DNA from: an uncultured Alphaproteobacteria bacterium
Lineage (GTDB): Bacteria > Pseudomonadota > Alphaproteobacteria > Rhodobacterales > Rhodobacteraceae
Length of the DNA: 64,000 bases
Direction of reading: 5' to 3'
NCBI GenBank assembly: GCA_902619165.1
Contig: CACNDI010000013.1
Coordinates: 1,843-65,842 of the forward strand
The notes under the pieces were generated by a model, which made no database searches, was not told the origin of the DNA, and saw only the letters and a list, made by a program, of their open reading frames with translations. Shown here piece by piece: positions 51,607-61,437 of the stretch. How positions within the stretch are numbered: the first letter of the stretch is position 1; each line of letters begins with the position of its first letter. The translations under genes and the position numbers were made by a program.

Positions 51607-52480
51607 AAAAAAAATATTGTTAATTTTTGGCTTTGGATACACAGCTAAATTTATGTGCAAGAAATTCTCAAAAAAAAATTGGGAAGTGTTTTGTACGACG
51701 AGATTTAAGGAAAAGGCCGAAGAAATTAAATCACTTAATGCCACACCGGTTTTTTTCGATGATGAGGAAATGATTGAAAGTATCCTCAGCAAGAATTCAT
51801 ATATTTTGAGCACGGCTCCACCAGAAAATAGTAAGGATCCAGTTATCGAGAATTATGGGTATTTATTCAAAAAAAATAGCGAAAAAATAAAATGGGCAGG
51901 ATATTTGTCAACAACTAGTGTTTATGGAGATAAAAAAGGTGGCTGGGTTACAGAGGATACAGTGCTCGAACCTAATCTAGAGAGAAGTATTTCAAGGGTT
52001 GCGGCCGAAAAATCATGGCTAATATTTGGAGAAAACTTTTCCATAAAAACTATGATTTTCAGGCTGGCAGGTATATATGGGCCAGGAAGAAGTCTAATTG
52101 ATCGTTTATTGGCAAATGAAAGGGTTTATATAGTCAATAAACCAGCTCATCTGTTTAACAGAATTCATGTTGACGATATAGTAGGCGCAATCGAGATGGC
52201 TATAAGCTCTAAATCGGAAGCTACGATTTTTAACTTGTCTGACGATTTGCCTGCAACGCAATTGGATGTAGCACAATTCGCTGCGGTTTTACTTAGAAAA
52301 AAATGCCCACAGACAGTCAGTTTGGAAAGTGATTTGATCAGTGAAATGGCGAGAAGTTTTTACAAAGAAGAAAAAAAAGTATCAAACACCAGGCTCAAAG
52401 ATGAATTGGGGTATAAGCTCACTTTTCCCTCATTTAAAGAGGGGCTCTCTGCGATTCACAATAATTCTATAGAATTCTAA
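51599..52480 (+). CDS. NAD(P)-dependent oxidoreductase, SDR/epimerase fold
   Basis: ILLIFGFGYTAKFM Rossmann loop, YGDKKGGWVTE and RLAGIYGPGR. Specific function not assignable. Confidence 0.55.
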   Translation: MNKKKILLIFGFGYTAKFMCKKFSKKNWEVFCTTRFKEKAEEIKSLNATPVFFDDEEMIESILSKNSYILSTAPPENSKDPVIENYGYLFKKNSEKIKWAGYLSTTSVYGDKKGGWVTEDTVLEPNLERSISRVAAEKSWLIFGENFSIKTMIFRLAGIYGPGRSLIDRLLANERVYIVNKPAHLFNRIHVDDIVGAIEMAISSKSEATIFNLSDDLPATQLDVAQFAAVLLRKKCPQTVSLESDLISEMARSFYKEEKKVSNTRLKDELGYKLTFPSFKEGLSAIHNNSIEF

Positions 52481-53045
52481 CAGGCGTTCCAATCTCGACT
52501 AAATTGAAAAGCTCTTCAATTTGTTCATTATACAGCCCTATGCATCCAGAAGAGCTTTGCCTTCCAATCTTTCTAGTATCGCTTGTTCCATGAATACGAT
52601 AACTTGGCCAACTTAGATAAAGTGCGTGGGATCCCAGAGGGTTATCAGGGCCTGGAGGCATAAACTCAGGGAGCTTAGGATCTCTTTTCCTCATTTTTTT
52701 TGTAGGCCTCCATTCCGGTCCAATTACTTTTTTTGTAACTTTTGTATACCCGAGTCGTGTCAATTCTTCATTCAGGGGGACGGAGGTTGGAAAGACCTTA
52801 TACTCCTTTCCATTCTTACTCCAGTAATGTAATGATCGCGTTTTGGTGTCAACGAGTATTGCCCCTTTATTCAAATCCTTAAAATGATCCTGCCAAGTTT
52901 GTACTCTGAATGAGAAAATGTTGTGTTTTGGTTTTCCGTCTTTACCAAAGTCTACTGCTGTTTGGGCAATAATAGGGTTGCTTATTACTGTATAAACAAA
53001 TAATAGTAGCGATGATATTAATATGTTGGAGACTGCTTTGGTCAT
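52467..53045 (-). CDS. L,D-transpeptidase (YkuD domain)
   Basis: Signal peptide plus YRIHGTSDTRKIGRQSSSGCIGLYNEQIEELF (H...S.GC catalytic motif). Confidence 0.8.
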   Translation of the reverse strand: MTKAVSNILISSLLLFVYTVISNPIIAQTAVDFGKDGKPKHNIFSFRVQTWQDHFKDLNKGAILVDTKTRSLHYWSKNGKEYKVFPTSVPLNEELTRLGYTKVTKKVIGPEWRPTKKMRKRDPKLPEFMPPGPDNPLGSHALYLSWPSYRIHGTSDTRKIGRQSSSGCIGLYNEQIEELFNLVEIGTPVRIL

Positions 53046-53150
53046 TTTTACATTAATAGTTGAAATTTATTTACTATAAAACAACTAATTGCGCATGAAT
53101 TAAAAATTAGCGTAGTATTTCTAACATTAGAACAAAAGACTTATAGATAT

Positions 53151-53651
53151 ATGAACAATATTATATTAAAACTGTTGCTTTTGGCTATTTTAGTAGGATG
53201 TGTTGGTACAAATACAGACGTCTACCATGGTTACTCTAAGTCAGGGGTTATTTCTAGCTTTAACGTGACTGCTTTAAAATCAAGACACCTAGAAATGGTT
53301 AATGCCTTAAGACTGGAAAACGGAAGATCCTCACTAAAGTACTCATCCAGTCTTTCAGCAGCATCGAAGACACACGCTTTTGACATAGCCAGACAACAGC
53401 GAGCCTGGAACTACGGTTCAGATGCATCTTCAGCGATAGATAGGGCAAAAATTGCAGGTTTTGAGGGCTTAGTGCTTGGTGAAAACGTTTCGGAGACGTA
53501 TGAGGGTGAGTATGATGTATTGAATATCTGGTTCAAAAGTAATATTGGCAGAGAAATTATTCTGGACCCCACTGCGACCGATCTAGGGCTAAGTTGGTAT
53601 CAGGATAGCACCGGAAAAGTTTGGTGGGTACAGATGATTGGCAAGTCTTAG
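53151..53651 (+). CDS. CAP/SCP (PR-1-like) domain lipoprotein
   Basis: Lipobox LLLLAILVGC, then a CAP-like region (MVNALRLENGRSSLKYSSSLSAASKTHAFD...GENVSE...W). Confidence 0.7.
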   Translation: MNNIILKLLLLAILVGCVGTNTDVYHGYSKSGVISSFNVTALKSRHLEMVNALRLENGRSSLKYSSSLSAASKTHAFDIARQQRAWNYGSDASSAIDRAKIAGFEGLVLGENVSETYEGEYDVLNIWFKSNIGREIILDPTATDLGLSWYQDSTGKVWWVQMIGKS

Positions 53652-53665
53652 TCACGAGTTTAGGT

Positions 53666-54166
53666 TTAAGCATAAATGTAGATAATGGTACCGGGTTCAA
53701 CCAAACTATAAATTTCCTTTATTTCTTTATTTGTTACCGCAATGCAACCCTCAGTCCAGTCAAAAAAATAGTGCAACAGGATATTTTTTTTTCCAAGCCC
53801 ATGAATAAAAATGTCACTACCAGGATTGAGGCCTCTTTGAAGAGCCCTTTTTTTGTCAGATTGATTGGGAAAGTTTATTCCAAGACTTAAGTAAAATTTA
53901 CTGTTCGGGTTTTTGTGTGTAATGTAGTATTTACCTTCTGGGGTTTTACCATCTCCTTCTTTTTCTTTCTGACCCTGAGGGCTGAACCCTAAACGAATTC
54001 GATAGGATTTTATTATTTTACTGTTTCTGTAAAGTGCTAGAACTCTCTTTTTTTTCCATACCACCAATAAATTAGGCTTTCTAGGATGACTCCATGAAGG
54101 TTTAAAAAAAATGAAAGGAAATAGAATTGAAAACAATAAAAAGCGTCTTTTGCTTATTTTTTTCAT
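53666..54166 (-). CDS. L,D-transpeptidase family protein (YkuD domain)
   Basis: Signal peptide plus IFIHGLGKK...WTEGCIAVTNKEIKEIY (H...GC catalytic motif). Confidence 0.7.
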   Translation of the reverse strand: MKKISKRRFLLFSILFPFIFFKPSWSHPRKPNLLVVWKKKRVLALYRNSKIIKSYRIRLGFSPQGQKEKEGDGKTPEGKYYITHKNPNSKFYLSLGINFPNQSDKKRALQRGLNPGSDIFIHGLGKKNILLHYFFDWTEGCIAVTNKEIKEIYSLVEPGTIIYIYA

Positions 54167-55293
54167 ATAGTTACTTTTTCTTTAACAGAATTAGATTTTA
54201 ACTGGCCACAAGCAGCCATAATGTCCTCTCCACGAGGTTTTCGAATTGGGCTTGGTAATCTTGATTTGATAATAATATCTCTAAACGCTTTTATTCTATC
54301 TAAGGAAGAACGCTTATATTGACTTCCAGTCCAATTATTAAACGGTATTAAGTTTATCTTAGAAGGAAGACCTTGTAGTAATCTTACTAACCTATGTGCG
54401 TCCTCTTTTGTATCATTAATTCCGTCAAGCATAACGTATTCAAATGTTACTCGTTCCGAATTGCGCAACTTAACGTCATCTCTCAAGGATCCGAGCAACT
54501 GTTCTAGATTCCACTTTTTATTTATGGGAACTAAAATATCCCTGGTCTTATTTTCTGTCGCGTGAAGACTTACAGCGATCATACAGCCGATTTCCTCATG
54601 AGCCGTCTTTATCTTAGGAACAATACCAGCTGTTGATAAGGTGATTCTCCTTCTTGAAAAATCCAATCCTTTATTGTCCATTAAAATACTACAGGCTTTC
54701 TTTACTTCTTCGTAATTTAATAGAGGTTCACCCATTCCCATGAAAACAATATTGGTAATTATTTCGAAACAAGTAGAATGACTACTGTCCACCCTCTTCT
54801 TCTCCCAAAGCCCTAGATCATCATAAACTGCGATGACTTGACCTACAATCTCTTGACTTGAGAGATTCCTAACCAATTTCTGAGTCCCAGTATGACAGAA
54901 TGAACAGTTCAACGTACAACCAACTTGTGAAGAAATACAAAGAGTACTTCTTTTCTCTTCAGGGATAAATACCGTTTCTATTTTGCTTTGGTCCTCTAAA
55001 CAGAATAAATATTTTATCGTACCGTCATCGCTGATTTCTTTTTTTTCAATAGATGGCCGTGAAATATTAAAATTTTTTTGCAGTTTTGACCGAAGACTTT
55101 TATCTATATTTGTCATATTATCAAATGAACTCATTCCATGACAATAGATCCAAGACCAGAGTTGACTTACTCTCATAGATACTCGTTTTGGTTGTGTTTC
55201 TAAGTCTGAAACGAGCGAAAACAATTCGTCTCTGCTGAGCCCTAAAATGTTACTTTCTTGAGAAATCGATTTTAAGGTCAATTTAATTTGCAC
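54163..55293 (-). CDS. rlmN: 23S rRNA/tRNA (adenine-C2)-methyltransferase RlmN (radical SAM)
   Basis: CISSQVGCTLNCSFCHTG, FMGMGEPLLNY and IMAACGQL. GTG start. Confidence 0.9.
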   Translation of the reverse strand: MQIKLTLKSISQESNILGLSRDELFSLVSDLETQPKRVSMRVSQLWSWIYCHGMSSFDNMTNIDKSLRSKLQKNFNISRPSIEKKEISDDGTIKYLFCLEDQSKIETVFIPEEKRSTLCISSQVGCTLNCSFCHTGTQKLVRNLSSQEIVGQVIAVYDDLGLWEKKRVDSSHSTCFEIITNIVFMGMGEPLLNYEEVKKACSILMDNKGLDFSRRRITLSTAGIVPKIKTAHEEIGCMIAVSLHATENKTRDILVPINKKWNLEQLLGSLRDDVKLRNSERVTFEYVMLDGINDTKEDAHRLVRLLQGLPSKINLIPFNNWTGSQYKRSSLDRIKAFRDIIIKSRLPSPIRKPRGEDIMAACGQLKSNSVKEKVTI

Positions 55294-55883
55294 CGCTTCT
55301 CTAATTCCGATAAGGCATCAGAAAAACCCGTTAACATAAATGTATCTTTCGTAACGGTGTTACGGTGAGATATAGCGCTCATTACTGCCTTGCTACCTTT
55401 CCTAAGAAAAGTTACTAATTTTTTTTGATCAAATTTTTGAGCCCATGCATGGTCTTTCTCTGCTTTAGCTTTTGGCGATGGATGAGCAAAAAACACAATC
55501 TTCTCCTTATTATCAATTTCTAGAACTGCTTTTGACCCTACCTGTAAAGGATACCCAGCATAAAATGTTCCCTCATATTCGCTCTCTTTATTTAATATCT
55601 TAATTATATACAATGTTCCTTTTTCTCGATTAACCGATGAGAGCTTTTGATTATTTCTGAATGCTTCACCTTTGATGGACTGAGAAGCAATGAAGCACAT
55701 TTTGGGGTTCTCGCTCGATACGAAAACGCTCCAGTCTCTAAAACTTTTTTCTGCTTTCTGCAAATTATCCTGTCCAGAGGAACTTTTTGTCAAAAACAAA
55801 AAACTCAATACAATATATAATACAATTTTAAAAACTAGCTGTTTAGAATAGGATGCCGAGATTTTATTAATATCGAGTTTCAT
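55278..55883 (-). CDS. invasion-associated locus B (IalB)-like periplasmic protein
   Basis: Signal peptide, then FRDWSVFVSSENPKMCFIASQ, the W-x-v-x-C pattern of IalB-like proteins. Family call is tentative. Confidence 0.45.
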   Translation of the reverse strand: MKLDINKISASYSKQLVFKIVLYIVLSFLFLTKSSSGQDNLQKAEKSFRDWSVFVSSENPKMCFIASQSIKGEAFRNNQKLSSVNREKGTLYIIKILNKESEYEGTFYAGYPLQVGSKAVLEIDNKEKIVFFAHPSPKAKAEKDHAWAQKFDQKKLVTFLRKGSKAVMSAISHRNTVTKDTFMLTGFSDALSELEKRCKLN

Positions 55884-56049
55884 TTAGTCTTTCATATTAT
55901 CAATGTTCATGCGCATACTAATACAAGCAATTATGGATCTAGAAAAGACTTTTTATTTTGTTTTCCATTACAGGTGGCTGATGTTTTTAAGCTTGCAAAA
56001 ATCTGAAATAGTAAAAAGTTCTGGATTTTGATAAAAAATTTATTTAGAT

Positions 56050-57459
56050 ATGAAAATTATGGTGAAAAGTAGAACTCTATACGACAAAATCTGGGATAAT
56101 CATTTAATTCAATCAGAAAATGATACTTCTCTGATATACATTGACAGGCATTTGGTGCATGAAGTTACTAGCCCCCAGGCTTTTGAGGGTCTAAGAGAAG
56201 CGGGAAGGAAAGTTCGTGCTCCTGAAAAAACAATCGCGGTCCCAGATCATAATGTGGCTACAACATCTGATCGGTTGACCAACTTTGGCAGTGAAGAAGG
56301 TCGTATACAGTTAGAAACTCTGGATAAGAATGCGCGAGATTTTGGCATTCATTATTATGCTGTTGATGATATTAGGCAAGGAATAGTACATATAATTGGT
56401 CCTGAACAAGGGTGGACTTTGCCAGGTATGACAATTGTTTGTGGGGATAGTCATACGGCAACGCATGGAGCTTTTGGTGCATTAGCGCACGGCATAGGAA
56501 CATCCGAAGTAGAGCATGTTCTTGCAACGCAGACATTAATTCAGCAGAAATCAAAAAATATGAAGGTGGAGGTCTCTGGTGAATTGGGCAAAGGAGTCAC
56601 AGCAAAAGATATTACACTTACAATAATTGGAAAAACAGGAACAGCGGGCGGCACCGGACATGTAATCGAATATTGTGGAAATGCTATTGAGAGCCTTTCC
56701 ATGGAAGGACGAATGACTGTTTGCAATATGGCTATTGAAGGTGGAGCGAGAGCCGGCCTTATAGCTCCTGACCAAAAGACCTTAGATTATGTGAAGGGTA
56801 GACCAAATTCACCAAAAGGTGAAAAATGGGATCAGGCTGTAAAACTTTGGAAAACTCTTTTTTCTGATCCAGATGCGTATTTTGATAAAGAGATTTTCTT
56901 AAAGGCGGAGGACATTGCGCCCGTTGTTACCTGGGGAACAAGCCCCGAGGATGTTCTTCCTATCACAGATTTCGTACCAAGCCCTGACAATTTTCGAGGA
57001 AGTAAAGTAGAAGCGGCTAAAAGATCTCTTGAATATATGGGGTTGAGGCCAGGACAGAAATTGCAAGATATAGAAGTTGATGCAGTTTTTATTGGTTCTT
57101 GCACCAACGGACGAATAGAGGATCTGAGAGAGGTAGAAAAGATTGTTAAGGGAAAAAAGGTAAAGAGTGGGATAAGGGCTATGGTCGTACCGGGATCCGG
57201 ATTAGTGAAAAAACAGGCAGAAGAAGAAGGAATAGCCAATGCACTAAAAGATGCTGGTTTTGATTGGAGAATGCCAGGTTGTTCAATGTGTCTAGCAATG
57301 AATCCTGATCAGTTGTTGCCCGAGGAAAGATGCGCTGCGACGTCTAATAGAAATTTTGAAGGACGACAAGGGCGTGGGGGTCGTACTCATTTAATGAGCC
57401 CAGCAATGGCAGCAGCAGCAGCAATAACTGGCCGATTGACTGACGTGAGAGATATTTAG
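56050..57459 (+). CDS. leuC: 3-isopropylmalate dehydratase large subunit
   Basis: [52 protein letters not shown] and [10 protein letters not shown]. Confidence 0.95.
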   Translation: MKIMVKSRTLYDKIWDNHLIQSENDTSLIYIDRHLVHEVTSPQAFEGLREAGRKVRAPEKTIAVPDHNVATTSDRLTNFGSEEGRIQLETLDKNARDFGIHYYAVDDIRQGIVHIIGPEQGWTLPGMTIVCGDSHTATHGAFGALAHGIGTSEVEHVLATQTLIQQKSKNMKVEVSGELGKGVTAKDITLTIIGKTGTAGGTGHVIEYCGNAIESLSMEGRMTVCNMAIEGGARAGLIAPDQKTLDYVKGRPNSPKGEKWDQAVKLWKTLFSDPDAYFDKEIFLKAEDIAPVVTWGTSPEDVLPITDFVPSPDNFRGSKVEAAKRSLEYMGLRPGQKLQDIEVDAVFIGSCTNGRIEDLREVEKIVKGKKVKSGIRAMVVPGSGLVKKQAEEEGIANALKDAGFDWRMPGCSMCLAMNPDQLLPEERCAATSNRNFEGRQGRGGRTHLMSPAMAAAAAITGRLTDVRDI

Positions 57460-57471
57460 TGAAAGACACTG

Positions 57472-58077
57472 ATGGAAAAGTTTAACATACTTGAAGGCAT
57501 CGCAGCTCCAATACCATTAATAAATATTGATACTGATATGTTAATACCAAAACAGTTCCTCAAAACAATTAAAAGGACTGGTCTTGGAGAGAACCTTTTT
57601 TTTGAAATGCGTTATGATCAAAATGGGAATGAAATAAAAGATTTCATCTTAAATAAGGATCATTATTCAAAAGCCTCAATTATAGTAGGTGGAGCTAACT
57701 TTGGTTGTGGTTCTTCGAGAGAACATGCGCCTTGGGCTTTAAAGGATTTCGGAATTAAGTGCATAATATCAACAAGTTTCGCAGACATTTTTTTTAATAA
57801 TTGCTTCAAGAACGGCATACTTCCAATCATTGTGTCTGAAGATTTGCATCAAATACTTCTACAGGACGCAGAAATGGAAACGACATCTATTATGAAAATT
57901 GATCTCGAAAACCAGAAGATTGTTCGCAACAATGGAGACCAACTAGACTTTGAGGTTGATGAGTTTAAGAAATATTGCTTATTAAATGGGTTAGATGATA
58001 TAGGATTAACACTCAAGAGTGCGGATAAAATAAGTAGCTTTGAAAAAGAATATTCTAAAAAATTTAGCTGGTCATAA
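57472..58077 (+). CDS. leuD: 3-isopropylmalate dehydratase small subunit
   Basis: [14 protein letters not shown] and [21 protein letters not shown]. Confidence 0.95.
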   Translation: MEKFNILEGIAAPIPLINIDTDMLIPKQFLKTIKRTGLGENLFFEMRYDQNGNEIKDFILNKDHYSKASIIVGGANFGCGSSREHAPWALKDFGIKCIISTSFADIFFNNCFKNGILPIIVSEDLHQILLQDAEMETTSIMKIDLENQKIVRNNGDQLDFEVDEFKKYCLLNGLDDIGLTLKSADKISSFEKEYSKKFSWS

Positions 58078-58087
58078 AAAGGTATAA

Positions 58088-59188
58088 TTGATGTTTTCTT
58101 TGCTTATTCTTCCAGGAGATGGAATTGGTCCAGAGGTGATGACTGAGGTTAAGCGTATTATTTCTTGGTTCAAGGATAAGCGCAATTTAAAAATAGATAT
58201 TGAAGAAGGTTTAGTTGGTGGAGCATCGTACGATAAACACGGTGTTCCTCTTACGGAAGAGATTTTAAACAAAGCACTAGCAGTAGATGCTGTTTTGCTG
58301 GGGGCGGTCGGTGGCCCTAATTACGATAATTTGAGTTTCGATTTGAAACCAGAACGAGCGCTATTGAGACTTAGGAAAGAACTTGACTTATTTGCCAATA
58401 TCCGACCCGCTCAATGTTTTGATGCATTGGCCTCTTTCTCGTCACTCAAGAAAGAAATAGTTTCTGGACTGGATATTGTTATCGTAAGAGAGCTAACATC
58501 GGGGATTTATTTCGGAGAACCTCGTGGTGTTCATACTGATGGCTCAAATGAGAGAGTTGGTATAAATACCCAAAGATACACTGAATCAGAGATACGAAGG
58601 GTTGCAATAAGTGCCTTTGAACTTGCTTTAAAGAGAAATAAAAAATTATGCTCTATGGAAAAAGCCAATGTAATGGAGAGTGGTGTTCTATGGCGGGATA
58701 TTGTTAATGAGGTTCATGTTGATTATCAGGATGTAGAGCTCAGCCATATGTATGCTGACAATGGAGCGATGCAATTGGTTAGAGATCCTAAACAGTTTGA
58801 TGTGATTGTAACAGATAATCTTTTTGGAGATATACTATCCGATTGTGCCGCTATGCTAACAGGCAGTTTGGGAATGCTACCATCTGCAAGCTTGGGAAAT
58901 AAAAAAGAAAATGGCTTGCCTCGAGCTATGTATGAGCCAGTACATGGATCAGCGCCAGATATTTCTGGTCAAGAAAAGGCTAATCCAATAGCGTGTATTT
59001 TAAGCTTTTCAATGGCTTTAAGGTATTCATTTTCAGACGCCCACAATGCCGATCTTCTTGAGCAATGTATAGAAAAGGTACTTGCGAAAGGGTACAGAAC
59101 TCCCGATCTAATGATGGGAGACAAAGGGCGTCTGTGTTCAACGAGTGAGATGACTGGAAAAATACTAGAGGAGCTAGAGGCAGGCTAG
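58088..59188 (+). CDS. leuB: 3-isopropylmalate dehydrogenase
   Basis: [48 protein letters not shown] and [11 protein letters not shown]. Confidence 0.95.
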   Translation: MMFSLLILPGDGIGPEVMTEVKRIISWFKDKRNLKIDIEEGLVGGASYDKHGVPLTEEILNKALAVDAVLLGAVGGPNYDNLSFDLKPERALLRLRKELDLFANIRPAQCFDALASFSSLKKEIVSGLDIVIVRELTSGIYFGEPRGVHTDGSNERVGINTQRYTESEIRRVAISAFELALKRNKKLCSMEKANVMESGVLWRDIVNEVHVDYQDVELSHMYADNGAMQLVRDPKQFDVIVTDNLFGDILSDCAAMLTGSLGMLPSASLGNKKENGLPRAMYEPVHGSAPDISGQEKANPIACILSFSMALRYSFSDAHNADLLEQCIEKVLAKGYRTPDLMMGDKGRLCSTSEMTGKILEELEAG

Positions 59189-59191
59189 TAG

Positions 59192-59959
59192 CTATCTCCC
59201 CATCCAACCACCGTCTACATTTAATAGTTCTCCACTGACGTAGTCTGATGCATCGGAAGCTAAGTAAACAGCAGCTCCTGCCATATCGTCTATGGTACCC
59301 CATCTTTTCATAGGTATCCTTGCCATTAGGTCAGCTGACCTATTTTTATCTTGGCGAAGAGCGGTTGTAATATCAGTGACAACGTAACCTGGAGCGATGG
59401 AATTAACATTTATTCCCTTATCTGCCAGTTCATTTGATAGAGCTTTTGTAAGTTGCGCAATTCCACCTTTAGATGCTGTATAGCTAGGAACAAATAAACC
59501 ACCCTGATGAGATAAAATTGATGCTGTAAAAATAATTTTACCCCAGCCTCTTTCAATCATTTTTGAACTAAGTTCCCTTGCGAGAACAAACTGAGACGAT
59601 AAATTAATTTCTAGTATTCTATCCCAATGGGCATCATTATGTTCGCTCAGCTCAGTTCTAATTAAGGAACCTGCATTACTCACAAGAATATTCGGCTCTA
59701 AATTTTTTTCACCAAGTTCCTGTAAAAAATTATGCGTATTCTGTCTTTGAGAAAAGTCACAGCTAAAGCAATAAAATCTTCTACCGATCGACTCAACATA
59801 TTTTTCAATTTCACTACCTACATCTAATGTAGAACTGACACCAATTATATCAGCTCCTGCTTCTGCTAGGCCCTTGGCAATTCCAAACCCTATTCCTTTA
59901 CTGCAACCCGTAACTAAAGCCGTCTTCCCATCCAGCTTAAATTTTTCCATTATCGACAT
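59192..59959 (-). CDS. SDR family oxidoreductase (KduD / 3-oxoacyl-ACP reductase-like)
   Basis: GKTALVTGCSKGIGFGIA, NAG and YTASKGGIAQLTK (YxxxK). Substrate not assignable. Confidence 0.7.
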   Translation of the reverse strand: MSIMEKFKLDGKTALVTGCSKGIGFGIAKGLAEAGADIIGVSSTLDVGSEIEKYVESIGRRFYCFSCDFSQRQNTHNFLQELGEKNLEPNILVSNAGSLIRTELSEHNDAHWDRILEINLSSQFVLARELSSKMIERGWGKIIFTASILSHQGGLFVPSYTASKGGIAQLTKALSNELADKGINVNSIAPGYVVTDITTALRQDKNRSADLMARIPMKRWGTIDDMAGAAVYLASDASDYVSGELLNVDGGWMGR

Positions 59960-60701
59960 AAGTCTTCTCTCCTAAATTCTGGCAATAGTTTAAATATTCC
60001 TTGAGCCTATTCTCACCATTTATAATCTTAGTACAAAAATCTCTAATATTCCCAACTCTTTCTGAAAACTCTTCTAGTCCAGCTTTCAACCAACTTTCAT
60101 CAACTCTCAAAAGTTGTTTAATACCAATTTTTTGAACTTCGCCTTTGACTTTCTGAGTCGGTTTATATGTTTTGTTTGAGAGCAAGTAATCATCTATGAT
60201 TGTTGCATTTGCTACACCGAAAAGAGATAAGATTAAAGCTGAGGCAAAGCCTGTTCGATCCTTTCCAGCGGTGCAGTGAAACATTATAGTGGAATCTGGA
60301 TTATCAAATAATATTTTAAAAAACTCTTCAAAGGTCCCAATGTTTTCAATCGTATATTTTCGATACGCCTGTTGAAAAATTTTATTTATTTCTGTTTTTT
60401 TTGATCTATCAACCTCATTTAACTTTCTTAACAAATCGGTCACTTTGGGTTCAATTGGTAGGTGCACTCTTTTGCTTATAAATTCTGTTGGAATCTGAGA
60501 AGGGTTATTTTTTTCCTCCTGAACGCCTCTGAAATCTATGATTAAGGGTTTTTTAAGTGCCACCAATTGATTTTTAATCTGCACATTCCACTCCGTCGGA
60601 GCCGCACATCTTAAAAACAAACCCTCTCTAATAGTTTTGTTTTCAGATGTTTTTTTACTCCCTAGGTCTCTTAGATTATTGATCCCCATCTCATTTGACA
60701 T
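59937..60701 (-). CDS. protein-tyrosine phosphatase-like protein (CX5R active site)
   Basis: MFHCTAGKDRTGFASALIL carries the HCxxGxxRT P-loop. ATG at 60701 is preferred over the track's TTG at 60713. Confidence 0.7.
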   Translation of the reverse strand: MSNEMGINNLRDLGSKKTSENKTIREGLFLRCAAPTEWNVQIKNQLVALKKPLIIDFRGVQEEKNNPSQIPTEFISKRVHLPIEPKVTDLLRKLNEVDRSKKTEINKIFQQAYRKYTIENIGTFEEFFKILFDNPDSTIMFHCTAGKDRTGFASALILSLFGVANATIIDDYLLSNKTYKPTQKVKGEVQKIGIKQLLRVDESWLKAGLEEFSERVGNIRDFCTKIINGENRLKEYLNYCQNLGEKTYVDNGKI

Positions 60702-60770
60702 ATTAACCACCAAAAAGGTATTAAATTTGAACTAAGTTAAGTTACAATAAAAAAGTATTATGGAGGAATC

Positions 60771-61397
60771 ATGACTGTAATTGCAACAAATACTGTAAGA
60801 CCACATCTAGGCAAAGCAAAATTACAACTAAATAATATGTTGGAAGTAACCAAAGCATTCGGAGATATGGGGATAACTGCTCGAGTATCTAGGGTTCTTT
60901 TTGGCCAAAATGCGGGATGCTTAGTGTTTTCCACTTTCGCGGCAAATTTCACTGAAGCTATGGCAGATGTTCAAAAAGTTTTCTCAAGTGAAATGTGGTC
61001 AAAGGTACAAATGAGATTGGATGACAACCCAGCAAGTGACATTGTCATGCCATTAAACCTGGTAAGAGTGGCAGCTGGAGAAATGAAGCCAACACATCGA
61101 GTGATCAACTTCAGGTGGTACCTTATGAAAAAAGATAAGATGCCAATGGCTATGGAGATGTTTGAAGAAGTAAAGGGAATGTGCGAAAAAGTCGATGTAA
61201 ATCCTGTACTTTTGACGCCAGTGACAGGAGATAACATGAGTAGTATGATTATTGCCTATGGCGCAACTTCACTTGAAGCTTCAGGGAAAGCATTTGATCA
61301 AATGGGGATGACTGAAGAATTTCAATCGCTTGTAAGTCGAGCGGCTGAAGTCGGCGAGTTACACAATGGATGGATGACAGTTCCGGCTGATCAATAA
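60771..61397 (+). CDS. uncharacterised protein, apparently two tandem domains of about 100 aa each
   Basis: 208-aa ORF with no motif I recognise. The two halves (about 1-104 and 105-208) share a weak beta-alpha-beta pattern: VIATNTVR / VINFRWYL, FGQNAG / TGDNMS and TEAMADV / LEASGKA. Confidence 0.45.
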   Translation: MTVIATNTVRPHLGKAKLQLNNMLEVTKAFGDMGITARVSRVLFGQNAGCLVFSTFAANFTEAMADVQKVFSSEMWSKVQMRLDDNPASDIVMPLNLVRVAAGEMKPTHRVINFRWYLMKKDKMPMAMEMFEEVKGMCEKVDVNPVLLTPVTGDNMSSMIIAYGATSLEASGKAFDQMGMTEEFQSLVSRAAEVGELHNGWMTVPADQ

Positions 61398-61403
61398 ATA
61401 CAG

Positions 61404-61437
61404 AGCCTAACTTCTTTCTAAAAAGATAAGTTAGGCT
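61404..61437. terminator. hairpin between convergent genes (possible bidirectional terminator)
   Basis: AGCCTAACTT (61404-61413) and AAGTTAGGCT (61428-61437) form a perfect 10-bp stem with a 14-nt loop. The right arm overlaps the nnr stop codon. The U-tract is weak. Confidence 0.35.

Noticed and set aside
55884-56049. Possible leucine leader peptide or attenuator upstream of leuC
   Set aside because: The only small ORF in the gap (about 33 codons, MDLEKTFYF...) has no run of Leu codons. I saw no alternative terminator/antiterminator hairpins or T-box features.
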